A stretch of 64,000 bases of DNA from an uncultured delta proteobacterium (GCA_963727445.1 CAVSGI010000006.1:352001-416000), one strand, 5' to 3'; positions 10,209-21,723 are shown, counted from the first letter of the stretch. The notes: generated by a model not told the origin, from the letters alone. Numbers and translations: made by a program.

Positions 10209-11447
10209 CTATACCTCGGGATGGCCCCCTGATTCGAGTCGCCGAAGGAGCTTCTCCCCCCGGGCCACCATGCGCCGGAAGTCGGCGGAGCTCACCCGGG
10301 GCGGCCGGGGCGGGCTGTCCTGGCGTGCTCTGAGGGCGTCCAGGGCGAGCAGAAGGCTCCGAGCGTCGGCAATCTCCTCTGCCCCGAGGCCGCGCGATCG
10401 CAGCGCCTCCACCACGTCCCTGAGGAGCGTCTTGCCCTGAAGGCCGAGGAGTCGAACGATCTCCCCTTCGAGCTCGAACTTGTAGACCAGGGTCGGCGAG
10501 TAGAGATCCTCGCGATGGCGGCTGAAGTAGCCGACGCGCCCGATGAAGCCGCCCCAGGCGGGAGGCCGCGCGAACATCTGGGAGCCGTCGTAGGGCGAGC
10601 GGCGCGGCAGGGAGGTCGCCGCCACCACCAGCAGGATGGCCGCGAGGGCGATGGCGCCGATCAGCACGGCCAGGGGCGGCGCTTCGGCGTGGGCGATCCG
10701 CGTGAGCCATTGAGACAGATCGTGAAAGGGACGGTCGGCGCCCGGCTCTCCGTAACGGCCGACGATGGTGGCGTCCCCCGCGACCAGGTACACGGTCCCG
10801 CCACTGCCGGCCTCCAGGTAGTCGAGGAGGTTCTGCGCGAAGCGCCGGTTGTCCCGGAACTCGAGCATGTTGTTGATGACGATGCTGGGGTCTCCGATCG
10901 CGACGAGTCGACCGTCCCCGACGGCACCGGCGAGGACCAGGGCGTGCCCCTGATCGTCGAATGCGAAGAGCGCGTCGAGGTCCGGGTGGCGCAGGGTCGT
11001 CGGGTGATTGGCGATCAGCGCGGCGACGCCCTCGGTGAGCGAGTGACGGCTGGTGGCCTGGGCGACCGGGAGGTTCTCGTTGCCGCGGACGTGAGGGGCG
11101 TCGTCGAGGCGCGCCACGCTGCGGCCGATCTGGTAGACGCCCAGCAGCTCGTCGCCCCGACCGAAGTCGTCGAGGAGCGCCACGCGGCCTCCGTCGCGCA
11201 GGAAGGCTGCGATGCCCGAGAGCGGCAGATCGTGCTCGGGATAGACGATGACGATCGCGTCGGTGGGTGAGAGCTCTCCCACGTCCAGGTGATCGGTGAC
11301 GACCAGATTCAGCGGCATGGCCTCGCCGATCGCGACGAATTCACTCAGTCCGTTCCACTCGGTGCTCTCGGGATCGTAGTCGTCCGCGGCGAAGGCATGA
11401 CCCGGGATCGCGAGGGCGAAGAGGGATATGAGGACGAGACGCACCAT
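10209..11447 (-). CDS. DUF4350-like secreted/membrane protein
   Basis: Signal peptide; DYDPESTEWNGLSEF, FLRDGGRVALLDDFG, GRLVAIGDPSIVINNML...DNRRFAQNLLDYL; one C-terminal TM; first gene of the MoxR operon. Confidence 0.75.
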   Translation of the reverse strand: MVRLVLISLFALAIPGHAFAADDYDPESTEWNGLSEFVAIGEAMPLNLVVTDHLDVGELSPTDAIVIVYPEHDLPLSGIAAFLRDGGRVALLDDFGRGDELLGVYQIGRSVARLDDAPHVRGNENLPVAQATSRHSLTEGVAALIANHPTTLRHPDLDALFAFDDQGHALVLAGAVGDGRLVAIGDPSIVINNMLEFRDNRRFAQNLLDYLEAGSGGTVYLVAGDATIVGRYGEPGADRPFHDLSQWLTRIAHAEAPPLAVLIGAIALAAILLVVAATSLPRRSPYDGSQMFARPPAWGGFIGRVGYFSRHREDLYSPTLVYKFELEGEIVRLLGLQGKTLLRDVVEALRSRGLGAEEIADARSLLLALDALRARQDSPPRPPRVSSADFRRMVARGEKLLRRLESGGHPEV

Positions 11448-11536
11448 TTCGCGGAGGCCGGGATCATAACGCACTGCGTCTCTCCAAAGCGTCGGCGGAT
11501 TGTCGTGTCAATTCGGAGAGGTGCTTTGCTGAACTC

Positions 11537-11564
11537 TTGTCACCCACGGCACTGTTGCTATATT
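11537..11564 (+). promoter_or_regulatory. Candidate sigma70-type promoter for the small ORF at 11594
   Basis: TTGTCA (11537-11542), 16 nt, then TATATT (11559-11564) preceded by TGn (extended -10), in a locally AT-richer divergent intergenic region. Confidence 0.5.
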
Positions 11565-11593
11565 CCGCACATCCCCTCGCTCCGGAGCAAATC

Positions 11594-11779
11594 ATGCTTC
11601 CCCCCTTCATCATCGAGCAGATCCGCAAGCGCGAAGAGGAAGAGCGTCGCGACAAGAAGGGCGAGCTTCCCCGGCTGGAGCTGCCACTTCCGATGCCCGG
11701 CGACTACGCGCCACCCCCCGGTGAGGCCGAAGAAGACGCCGAGCGCGGCGTCGTGATCATCGACCTCCGAGGCGAGTAG
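11594..11779 (+). CDS. Small (61 aa) hypothetical protein
   Basis: GGAG 7 nt before ATG; MLPPFIIEQIRKREEEERR...ERGVVIIDLRGE; strong GC3 codon bias. Confidence 0.75.
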   Translation: MLPPFIIEQIRKREEEERRDKKGELPRLELPLPMPGDYAPPPGEAEEDAERGVVIIDLRGE

Positions 11780-12160
11780 CCCCCGAGGAAAAGGCTCGGA
11801 GTCGCGGAGCGGAGGTCTCGCAGAGAGCCCGCGAGGGCTCGGCGCGAGAGCGGAGCGCAGCGGGTCCGAGCCGGGAGTGCGTGCCCCCCGAGGAAAAGGT
11901 TCGGAGTCGCGGAGCGGAGGCCTCGCAGAGAGCCCGCAGGGCTCGGCGCGAGACCGGAGCGCAGCGCCTCCGAGCCGGCATTGCGTCCCCCCCGAGGAAA
12001 AGGCTCGGAGTCGCGGAGCGGAGGTCTCGCAAAGAGCCCGCGAGGGCTCGGCGCGAGACAGGAGCGCAGCGGGTCCGAGCCGGCATTGCGTCCCCCCCGA
12101 GGAAAAGGCTCGGAGTCGCGGAGCGGAGGCCTCGCAGAGAGCCCGCAGGGCTCGGCGCGA
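11780..12160. repeat. Tandem array of ~3.7 x 104-105 bp palindromic (REP-like) units between convergent genes
   Basis: GAGGAAAAGG anchor at 11785, 11890, 11994, 12099; each unit has nested inverted repeats around GAGCCC-GCGA/GCA-GGGCTC. Confidence 0.95.
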
Positions 12161-12164
12161 CTCT

Positions 12165-13025
12165 TCAATCCCGTCCCGGTCCTCTCATCGCCTCCGCAAA
12201 CCCGGCGGCGATCTCGGATTCCGTGAAGGGACGTCCCTCCGAAAAGATGCCCGTCGTCTCTCGCGCGCGCAGGCCGTAGAGGCGGCCCCCGGCGATGCCC
12301 ACGACCTCGCCGAAGACGTCCGCCGCATCGTCGCTCAGAAGATAAGCCACCACCGGGGCGACGTGCTCGGGGCTCATGGACCCTTCGCGCACGCCCTTGA
12401 ACATGGGCAGGTCCTCCGTGGCACGCGTCCGCGCCGTGGGGGCGACGGCGTTCACGCGGATGCCGTGCTTGCGCAGCTCCACTGCCACCGAGCGGGTGAG
12501 TCCCACGACCGCCGCCGACGAAGCGCTGCCGAGGCTCCGGCGTGCGCTACCGAAGAACGCGTCGGGCGAGGTCATGTGCACGATGGCGCCACCGCTCTTG
12601 GCGTCAATCATCGCCCCCGCCGCCGCTTGCGTCAGCGAGAAGGCGGCGAAGACCTGGTTGGTGAGATGGAACGACAGGTCTTCCTCGCTCAAGTGCATGA
12701 TGCCGCGCTCGCGCTTGAGCCCGTGCGCGGCGATCACGCCGTCGATGCGACCGAAGAGGTCGACCGTTCGTGACACCAGCTCGGCCGCGGCGCCCGGCAC
12801 GGCGACGTCCACGCTCGTGGCCACCGCCTCGCCGCCCCCGTCGACGATCGCCTTCGCCGCGAGCTCGGCGACCATCGGGTCGTGCCCCGTGCCGTCGAGC
12901 TCGGTGCCGCGATCGTCGATGAGCAGGCGTGCGCCTTCCGCAGCCAGATGGAGCGCCACGGCCCGGCCAATCCCCCGGCCGCCGCCCGTGACCAAGAAGG
13001 CGCGATCGGAAAAGGTGCCGGCCAT
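12165..13025 (-). CDS. Short-chain dehydrogenase/reductase (SDR)
   Basis: LVTGGGRGIG, FGRIDGVI, GAIVHMTS, GIRVNAVAP. ATG at 13025 overlaps the upstream stop. Confidence 0.9.
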   Translation of the reverse strand: MAGTFSDRAFLVTGGGRGIGRAVALHLAAEGARLLIDDRGTELDGTGHDPMVAELAAKAIVDGGGEAVATSVDVAVPGAAAELVSRTVDLFGRIDGVIAAHGLKRERGIMHLSEEDLSFHLTNQVFAAFSLTQAAAGAMIDAKSGGAIVHMTSPDAFFGSARRSLGSASSAAVVGLTRSVAVELRKHGIRVNAVAPTARTRATEDLPMFKGVREGSMSPEHVAPVVAYLLSDDAADVFGEVVGIAGGRLYGLRARETTGIFSEGRPFTESEIAAGFAEAMRGPGRD

Positions 13026-15061
13026 CAATGCCTCACGAGCGCGTTGCGCAGGAGCACGAAGGATTGCCCCTCGCTCAGGGTGACGTTGAAGCGGCGGCCG
13101 GTGTCGCCGCCGATCGACCACCACATCAGGTTGTCACCGTCGCTTCGCGAGGTGTCGGCGATCACGTCCTCGCCGCCGAAGGGGGCGCAGGGATCGGCCA
13201 TTGTGGGTCCGGTTCCGGTGGGGCAGGGCGTGAGCCGCTCTCGGTTGTGGTAGAGGCCGAGGAAGTGGCTGGACTCGTGCGCCATGACCTGCCCGATGTT
13301 CCGCTCACCCCGACTTCCCGAGCCGATGACCGACGGGTCGTAGGTCACCACCACCCCGCTGTGCATGGAGCCGTAGAGCAGAGGCGGGCCCGGGATGCCT
13401 CCCGCGATGCCCAACGCGATCCCCCCATCCCGCTCGGCGTTGATGCTGCGCACCAGGAAGATGGGGAGCGCGCCAGGCGTCGCGTCGCTCGAGAGGCGGA
13501 AGAGCTCCGCGAGCTCGCTCGAGGGACCGTCGGTGGAATCGATGACCGACAGCCGCGACACGGTGCCGCCGGGGACGTCGCGGTAGGTGATGGTGCCGAC
13601 GCGGATGCCGGCCGGCGACCAGATGTCGCTGAGGATCGACAGGGCGTTCGACAGGCGCGCGACCGAGGGGGCCTCGGCGGCGGTGAAGCCCACGCCCACC
13701 GGATAGATGTCGAGGTCGATGGTGCCGGTGTTCACGAGCGCTGCGCGCGCAACGCGCACGACGCGCATCGCGAGCGCCACCTCCTCGGCGCGGGCGTCGC
13801 CGGGGCCGTCTCCGAGGAGCATCAGGCGCACCGAGTGCCGGCCGCCGACCATGCGCACCCGGTCGGGCGTCGACGAGGGCACGGAGATCGTCGCTGCCTC
13901 CTCGTTCGACACGGGGAGCCAGCGGACGGGCTGATCGATCCATGCACCGAGCGCCTCGAGGTCGAAGAGCAGGGTCTCGGTGGGCGACACCAGCGTGCGG
14001 TAGGCGATGGGAACCGCGTCGCCCGAAGCGTGCGATGCGACGAAGGTCACGCTCACGGCGTCGTTGGGCACGCCGACGTTGACGCGCCTGTCGAGCCCGA
14101 GGGCGGTGAGCGACAGCGTGCCGAGGGGTATGTTGGAGACGGCGTAGCCTCCGCCCCGAGCCTCGTAGCCGCAGCCGGCGAAGCTGCCTTCACGGACGCC
14201 GGCCAGGTTCAGCGTGGTGCAGACCTGACCCGGCAGACAATCGAGGGTGGGGTCTTCGCACGCCTCGACGCATTGCCGGTCGACACACGCGTGCGACTCG
14301 CAATCGTCGGGCCCGTTGCAGCGACCGGCGAGGAATCGGCCGGTGGGATTGGCCGTGGTGCATGCGCCGAGGACGAAGTCCATGGTGCCGTCGCCGTCCT
14401 CGTCGATCGCCGCCGGTGAGCAGGGCATGCCCACCCGGCAGTCACGACGGCTGCCGCAGAGGTCGGCGCAGACACCGCCCATCTCCGGTGGAAGGCAGAT
14501 CCGCGACGCGCACTCGCTCGAGAGCTCGCAGGGGGCGCCCGTCGGGAGGTCGGTCCCGCCGTCGGTGACGCCCCCGACGCATCGCCCGGCCGCGCAGATG
14601 CGCCCGCGCATGCAGTGGCGGTCCTCGGTGCACTCGACGCCGCTGCACGTGCCGTCGAGACAGGAAGCGCCGGCCATGCCGCATTCGTCGTCGTTGCGGC
14701 ACGAAGGCCGACACACGTCGCCGAAGCAATGGTAGCCAGGGCGACAGTCGCTGGACATCGTGCACGAAGCGAGGCAGAGGCCGTCGATGTAGCCGCTGTC
14801 GCAGCGAGTGCCATCGGGGCAGTCGGCGATGCCGCTGCATTCGCGGCTGCAGTAGCCGCCGGGGAAGAGATCGGAGATCACGCAGTCCAGGCCTCCCTCA
14901 CAAGGCAGACCGCGACCGCACGGCGCGCCTGGCACGGGCGGCTCGGGATCGGCCGGCAGATCGTGGCTCTCGAAGCAGGAACTCGCCCCGAGAATCACCA
15001 AAAGGCCGAGAGAGAGGCGGATTTGGGCGACAGCGCGCAAAGGGGTCGTAGTATACGCCAA
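13025..15061 (-). CDS. Cys-rich lipoprotein with C-terminal metzincin (M43/pappalysin-like) zinc metalloprotease domain
   Basis: Lipobox-like LGASSC; ~280 aa of Cys-rich repeats; HESSHFLGLYH (HExxHxxGxxH) and Met-turn DNLMWW. Start position uncertain. Confidence 0.8.
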   Translation of the reverse strand: MAYTTTPLRAVAQIRLSLGLLVILGASSCFESHDLPADPEPPVPGAPCGRGLPCEGGLDCVISDLFPGGYCSRECSGIADCPDGTRCDSGYIDGLCLASCTMSSDCRPGYHCFGDVCRPSCRNDDECGMAGASCLDGTCSGVECTEDRHCMRGRICAAGRCVGGVTDGGTDLPTGAPCELSSECASRICLPPEMGGVCADLCGSRRDCRVGMPCSPAAIDEDGDGTMDFVLGACTTANPTGRFLAGRCNGPDDCESHACVDRQCVEACEDPTLDCLPGQVCTTLNLAGVREGSFAGCGYEARGGGYAVSNIPLGTLSLTALGLDRRVNVGVPNDAVSVTFVASHASGDAVPIAYRTLVSPTETLLFDLEALGAWIDQPVRWLPVSNEEAATISVPSSTPDRVRMVGGRHSVRLMLLGDGPGDARAEEVALAMRVVRVARAALVNTGTIDLDIYPVGVGFTAAEAPSVARLSNALSILSDIWSPAGIRVGTITYRDVPGGTVSRLSVIDSTDGPSSELAELFRLSSDATPGALPIFLVRSINAERDGGIALGIAGGIPGPPLLYGSMHSGVVVTYDPSVIGSGSRGERNIGQVMAHESSHFLGLYHNRERLTPCPTGTGPTMADPCAPFGGEDVIADTSRSDGDNLMWWSIGGDTGRRFNVTLSEGQSFVLLRNALVRH

Positions 15062-15063
15062 AC

Positions 15064-16399
15064 GTGCCTCCCACTCGCTACGGACGTTACGAGCTCTTGC
15101 GGAAGATCGCCGCCGGCGGAATGGCGGAGATCTATCTGGCGCGGCAATGGGGGGAGGGCGGCTTCTTTCGGGACGTGGTGATCAAGCGACTCTTCCGCCA
15201 CCTCGCCGAGCATCAGAAGGCGCTCTCGATGTTCCAATACGAAGCCCGCCTCCTCGCGGAGCTGAACCATCCGAACATCCCCCAGGTCTACGAGCTGGGA
15301 TACGAGGAGGGGACGTGGTTTCTGGCGATGGAGTTCGTGGACGGTGCCACCGTGGCGGACGTCTGGCGGGCAGGCGCCAAGCTCGGGCAGCGCATGCCTC
15401 TCGCCGGTCGCCGCCGGCGTCGTCCTGCAGGCGTGTGAGGCGCTTCACCACGCGCACGAGTGCGTCGACCGCGCGAACCGGCCGCTCCGGATCGTCCACC
15501 GCGACGTGACGCCTCACAACACGATGCTCACCCACGATGGAGTGGCGAAGGTGATGGACTTCGGCGTCGCGCAGACCGCGGCGCGCGCGGACACGGAGCA
15601 CGGCGCGGTGAAGGGGACGTTCTCGTACATGGCGCCCGAGCAGGTGCGGGCGCGGCCCCTCGACAAGCGCGCCGATGTCTTCGCCCTCGGCGTGATCCTC
15701 TACGAGCTCACGACCGGGACGCGGCTCTATCGCGGCAACGACGTCCAGGTCATGACCGCCATCGTCGAGCACGACGCGCCACCACCCTCCACCCGGGTCC
15801 AGGATTACCCCGCCGATCTGGAGGAGATCGTGATGGCAGCGCTCAGACGCGATCGCTCCCAGCGACTGCCGAGCGCGGCGCACATGGCGGCCGCTCTCGA
15901 GGATTTCGCCGTGCGCAACGCGGTGTCGATCGGGCCGCGCACCATCGCTCAGTACTGCCGCACGGTCTTCCCCTACGAACGCGAGCTCGAAGAAGAGCTC
16001 GCGCTGGTCCGCGAAGAGGAGCCGGTGGGCGAGGAGGAGTGGAACGCGAGCACCGACGACGAGTTCGGTGAGATCGACGAGTCGGGGATCATGCGCGACC
16101 TCGAGCTCCTGCATCCGGAGCCGGACACGACCCACATCGAGGCGATGGCGCACGACCGACCCACACCGGTGGCGCCGCCGCCGGCGGAGACCCTGCCGCC
16201 CGACGCCCTCGAGGAGCTGCTCTTCGACGACGTCACCCACGACAGCGACACCGACGAAGGGGACGATACTTCCCTGACCGGGTTGGACGACGACGACCGC
16301 CGCCCCGTGGTTCTGCTGGAGTCGCCGAAGTCCAAGCCCGAGCGCGACCGCGACTTCGTGGACGATCTGGCACGTCGTCTCGAGTCGGACGATGACTAG
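15064..16399 (+). CDS. Ser/Thr protein kinase with acidic C-tail (frameshift near 15403)
   Basis: IAAGGMAEIY, VVIKRL, LNHPNI in ORF 15064..15438; HRDVTPHN, DFGVA, YMAPEQ, DVFALG in ORF 15344..16399. One extra base joins the frames. Confidence 0.85.
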
Positions 16400-16458
16400 C
16401 CAGCCAAAACCGTAGCGCCCGGCACACTTGGGCACAGATCTGGTACTGTCCGTGTGCC

Positions 16459-19400
16459 ATGGTGCTCTCCCGCTATCAGATCCTGAAGCCGCTCGGACGT
16501 GGTGCTGCCGGTGGGGTGTTTCTGGCGCTGGACCGCCTCCGGCCCGGACGGCCACTCGCGCTCAAGCGCATTCACGCGCGGGCGGACGAGCTCTTGCGCG
16601 CGAGCTTCGAGCGCGAGTTCGCGGTGCTCTCCGCCATCTCGGCACCAGGGGTGGGACGGGTCTTCGACTTCGGTCTGGCCGAAGCCGAGGGCGACGACGA
16701 GGGAGGACCGTTCTTCACGCGCTCCTACGCCGAAGGCGAGCCCCTCGACGACGTGGCTCATGGGCTGTCGGAGAAGGAGCGACTCTCGCTCTTCGCTGCG
16801 CTCCTTCGGGTGATGGCGCCGGTGCATCGGATGGGGATCGCGCACGGAGACCTCAAGCCGAGCAACGTGATCGTGGACTCGGAGCGGAGGCCGCACGTCA
16901 TCGACTTCGGCCTGGCCGGATTGACCACCGACCAGGGCCGCGCGGCGGGAGCGGGCACACCGGCCTACATGGCGCCCGAGCTCTTCCGTGGCGAGCGACC
17001 CAGCGTCGCCTCCGACGTCTACGCCCTCGGCGCGACCTTGTGGTCGCTCTTCGCTGGTGGTCCGCCTTTCGCCGAGCGCGGTGAGCGCGGGCTCGCGGCG
17101 CGCCTCGAGGGTGAGCTCCCGCAGATCCCGAGCGACGCTTCCGAGCGCGCCCGTTCCGTCCTCGCGGTCGCTCAGAAGGCGCTCGCCGCCGACCCTCTCG
17201 AGCGCATCTCCACCACCGAAGAGATGCTGGCTGCCCTCGCGGAACACGTGCCCGAGAGCGATGGTCCGGGCGGCGCGTTCGTCGCCCCGCGGCCCCGGGG
17301 GCACGAAGGCGTGCTCGCGCAGCTCGACGCGCGCGTCACCGCCCGCACCGCTGGCAAAGCGGGCGATCAGAGCATGCTCCTCGTTCACGCGCCGCGCGGC
17401 GGGGGCAAGTCGACGCTCTTGCGCGAGCTCAAGTGGCGCATGCAGGTGCGGGGCCTCGAGGTGCTCGCCGTCGACGCGGGACACGGGCGTGCGCTCGAGC
17501 CGGTGCACGCGCTCCTGTCGCTGCTGAGCATGATCCTCGGTGACGAGGGAGACGCACCCTTGCCGACGACCGAAGCCGCGATCTGCGATGCGGTCGGCGA
17601 GGCGATCGGGCGGCTCGCGGCCCGCGGTCCCGCGGTGATCCTGGTGGACGACCTGGATCAGGGCGAATCGGTGCTCGGTCGCGCACTGCGGCTGGGCGTA
17701 CACGCCGAGGAAGCCTCGCGGGTTGCGTTGGTGGGGACGGCGACCGACCTGGAGGCGGTCGCGGTGCGCGACGCGGGCGCGCGCCATCTGGTGGAGGTTC
17801 CACCGCTCTCCGAAGAGGACACGACCGGTCTCTGCCGAACGGCGCTCGGGCCCGTCGACTCCTCGGTCACGAAGGCGATCTGGGAGCGGAGCGAGGGCGT
17901 GCCGGGGATCCTCGTCGACACCCTCTCGGAGCTCGCGAGTCGCACCGGCCTCAGCGCTGCAGACGTCGAGGCGCTCCCCGCGAGCCAAGCGGGCGAGGCC
18001 GCGGCGCGATCACGCGCGAGCGCCTGCACCGAGAGCGGTAGGCGCGTCCTGTCGCTCCTCGCCGCGACGCGCGTCGCGCTCGACGCCGCGACCATCGCTT
18101 CGGCGGCGCGGGTGAGTCCCGCCGACGTGGACGAGGTGGAGCGCGCCGGGTTGGTGGTGCGCGACGGCGACCGTTACGCGCTCTTCGACCACGCCTTGCG
18201 CTCGGTGCTCCTCGACGAGCTGACGGCGGAGGAGGTGCAGGAGCTGGCGTCGAAGACGGCGTCGGCGGCGGATGATCTGCCCCTCTTCGTTCGCGCGCAG
18301 CTCGCGGCGGTGGCCGGGGACGGGCCGACGCTCCGCGAGCTCGCGGAGCCCGCCGCGACCGAGCTCGCGACCGGCGGCGCGGCGATGGCGGCCCTGTCGC
18401 TTCTCGAAGAGGTCGAGGAGGAGCTCGAGGGCGAGGACCTGCGCCGCGTGAAGCTCACGCGCTCGGAGCTGGCGCACGCGCTCGGACGCTACCCGGACGC
18501 ATCCGCGACGGCGCGTGAAGTGCTGCGTGACCAGAAGGCCTCCGCGACCGAACGCGCTCGCGCGGGGATCGCCGCGGGGCGCGCGAGCATCTCGGCCGGA
18601 GAATTCGAGCGCGCCCTCGATACGCTGGGTCGCATTCCGGACGACGCGCCCGCAGAGCTCCGCGCGGCCGCACGCCGGGAAGCAGCCAAGGCGCACCTGC
18701 GCCTCGGCAACTACGACGAGGTGGTGCGGGTGGCGGACGAGGGGCTCTCGCTTTCGGGGCCCGAAGACCCGGTGCGCGTCGAGCTCCTGACGTCGGCCGG
18801 CATGGCTTCGAGCTATCGGGGCGACCGAGACGCCGCGCGCGCCCGCTACACCGAGGCGCTCTCTCTCGCGCGCGCCATCGGATCGACCCGCGACGAAGCG
18901 AACGTCATGACCTACATGGCGATCGACCGACACCGCTCCGGCGATCACCACGCGGCCAAGCAACTCTACGAAGAGAGCATGAAGATCGCCCGCGACCTGG
19001 GCGACATCGGCAGCATGGCGACCTTCGCGCTCAACCTCGGCGCGGTGAGCTACGATCTGGGCCTGCCGGGCAAGGCGGCCGAGAGCTACGAGTCCGCGGC
19101 ACGCCTCGCGCGGCGCGCGGGCAAGGCCTCGACCGAGGTCATGGCCCGGATCAATCTCGCCCAGCTCCATCTCTACCTCGGGCTCTACGAGCGGGCGCGC
19201 ACCGGGACCGACTCTGCGCTTCACGACGCCGAGGAGTCCGGGATGAAAGCCGCGGCGGCGAACGCGGTCGCGATCCTCGGCGACATTTCGGCGCGGACGG
19301 GCGACGTGGAGACGGCGCTGGTGCGCTACGACGACGCCATCGCCCGTTATCGAGGGCTCGGACATCGACGCGAGGTCGCCGAAGGGCTTCTGGACTCGGC

Positions 19401-21532
19401 GGAAGCGCTCCTGGATCGGGCGGGTCCGGCAGACACATCCGCGGCGGTCTCCCGCCTCGCGGAGGCGCGCGAGATGATCGGCGAACACTCGCTCACCGAG
19501 TTCGAGTCGCGCCTGACGCTCCTGTTGGCGCGCGCGCGGGGCGACACCGGCGACATCGACGGGGCGGTCGGGGATCTCGAGAAGCTCCTCGAGCGCGCGC
19601 GGGAGAGCGCGCAGGCGGAGCTCGAGTGGAGCGTCCTCGGGGCGCTGGGCAAGCTCAACGCGATGCGTGGCGCGGACTTCGTCGCGCGGCGCCAGGATCA
19701 GGAGGCGATGGAGGTGCTCGAATCCATCGCCACCAAGCTTCCGCGGGATCTGCGCGAGGCTTTCTGGCACGACCCGCGACGTCGCGAGGTGCGGCGAAGG
19801 GCAGGGCAGGGCACCACCACCAACCCGGGCCGCGCCCTGTCCAGCACCGGCATCGACGGCACCTTCCACGGCGTCGGGATCGAGGCGCGCACGGCGCGTC
19901 TCCTCGAGCTGATCAAGCGGCTCGCCAGCGAGCACGACCTCGACCGGCTTCTCGAGCGGATCACCGACTGCGCCGTGGAGCTCTCTGGCGCCGAGCGCGG
20001 CTTCGTGCTGCTGGTCGGGCGAAGACGGTAGCCTCTTGCCGCGCACCGTGCGCGACCGCCGCGCGACCGAGACGATCCCCACGTCGCGTTCTCGCAGTCC
20101 ATCGCCGAGGCGGTGCTCATCGACGGGGAGCCGATCATCACCGTGGACGCCCGCGACGATCACCGCCTGAGCGAGTACATGTCGGTGCACAAGCTCATGC
20201 TCAAGTCGGTGGCGTGCATGCCGATCCGCGGGCGGCGCGGGACCGTCGGCGTGCTCTACCTCGAGCACCGAATGCGGCGCGGCCGCTTCGACGAGGCGGA
20301 CGTCGATCTTCTCTTTGCCTTCGCCGACCAGGCGGCCATCGCCATCGAGAACGCCCGGCTGCTCGCGGCGATGGAGACGCAGCGCGAGGCGCTCGAAGAG
20401 GCGAACGAGGAGCTCGCGCGGCGCCAAGGCCGAGATCGAGCGCGTCCTCGGTGGCGCGCACCGCCGAGCTCGAGGAAGCGCCAAACGCGAGGTGGAGTCG
20501 GCGCGCGCGGAGCTCAAGGGCAGCTACGAACGACACGGGATCGTGGGCGCGAGCGAGGCGATGCGCCGGGTCTTCGCCGTGATCGATCGCGTGCGCGACG
20601 CGACGATCCCGGTGGTGATCCACGGCGAGAGCGGGACCGGCAAGGAGCTCGTCGCGCGGGCCATCCACTATCGGCGGGCCCGCGTCGCGAGGGACAGTTC
20701 GTCGCGCGTGAACTGCGCGGCGATCCCGGAGGCGCTCCTCGAGAGCGAGCTCTTCGGCCACGTGAGGGGCGCGTTCACCGGCGCCGACCGCGACCGGCGC
20801 GGCGTCGTCGTCACAGGCCAGCGGCGGCACGCTCTTCCTCGACGAGGTCGGGCGACATGCCGGCCGAAGATGCAGGTCGACCTCCTCCGCGTGCTGCAGG
20901 AGAGGAAGGTGCGCCCGGTCGGCGGCGACGCGGACGAGGACGTCGACGTGCGGGTGATCGCCGCGTCGAACAAGCTCCTCAAGGACCTGGTGCAGAGCGG
21001 GGCGCTTCCGCGAGGACCTCTTCTACCGCCTCAACGTCGTCGAGCTCCGGCTGCCGCCGCTCCGCGACCGGCCGACGGACATCCCGCTGCTCTGCGAGCA
21101 CTTCCTCGCGAAGTTCGCCAAGCGCGACGACGTGGCGCCCAAGCGCATCAGCCGCGAGGCGCTCGGTCGCCTGGCGGAGCACGGCTGCCCGGGCAACGTG
21201 CGGCAGCTCGAGCACGTGCTCCTCAACGCGTGGGTGATGGTCGGAGGGGGACGTCATCGACGCCGAGGACCTCGCGCTCTCGACGACGGAGCGCGGTGAC
21301 GGTGACCGACCGGATCGCCGAGCGTCGCGGGCAGCCCGCCATGGAGGCCGCCGAGGACGGGCCGAGACGCCCGCCACCGCAGAGCTTCGAGGAGTTCAGA
21401 AGGACCGAGAAGCAGCGGATCCTCGAGGCTCTCGAGGAGCACAACTGGAACCGCGTGCGGGCGGCGAAGGCCCTCGGCATGGCGCGCCGCACCTTCTACC
21501 GGCGGCTGAAGCAGTACGACATCCTCGAGTGA
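16459..21532 (+). CDS. Ser/Thr kinase-AAA-TPR-GAF-sigma54 enhancer-binding protein-Fis HTH fusion (several frameshifts after ~20017)
   Basis: [30 protein letters not shown] helices; GAF (LKSVACMPI...[17 protein letters not shown]); [39 protein letters not shown]-terminal [21 protein letters not shown]. Confidence 0.85.
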
Positions 21533-21693
21533 TCCGGGCGTGCCCGGCGGAGTCGCGATCCCTGCTGTGCTCCGCTCCCCTCCACGAGGGCTTTGCCCAA
21601 TCCGTGGGGTGTTCCGCCGCGGTGGCGCTCCGCCTTCTCCTGGACGTGTGCCGTCCTGTGTCGGCCCTGCGCGAAGATCACGGCCTTTTTTCG

Positions 21694-21709
21694 TGGCACC
21701 AACCCTGCA
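21694..21709 (+). promoter_or_regulatory. Sigma54 (-24/-12) promoter
   Basis: TGGCACCAACCCTGCA = GG-N10-GC, 14 nt upstream of ATG 21724 and directly downstream of the sigma54 activator gene. Confidence 0.7.
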
Positions 21710-21723
21710 CGTACAAGGCAACG

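Noticed and set aside
11704..12279. ORFs with 35-aa repeats across the 105-bp array
   Set aside because: The 104/105-bp period breaks frame; they are by-products of a non-coding palindromic repeat.
20017..21290. Programmed frameshifting or a genuine pseudogene in the sigma54 activator
   Set aside because: Too many scattered single-base indels, no slippery-site pattern and intact motifs; better explained by sequence error, pending a read check.
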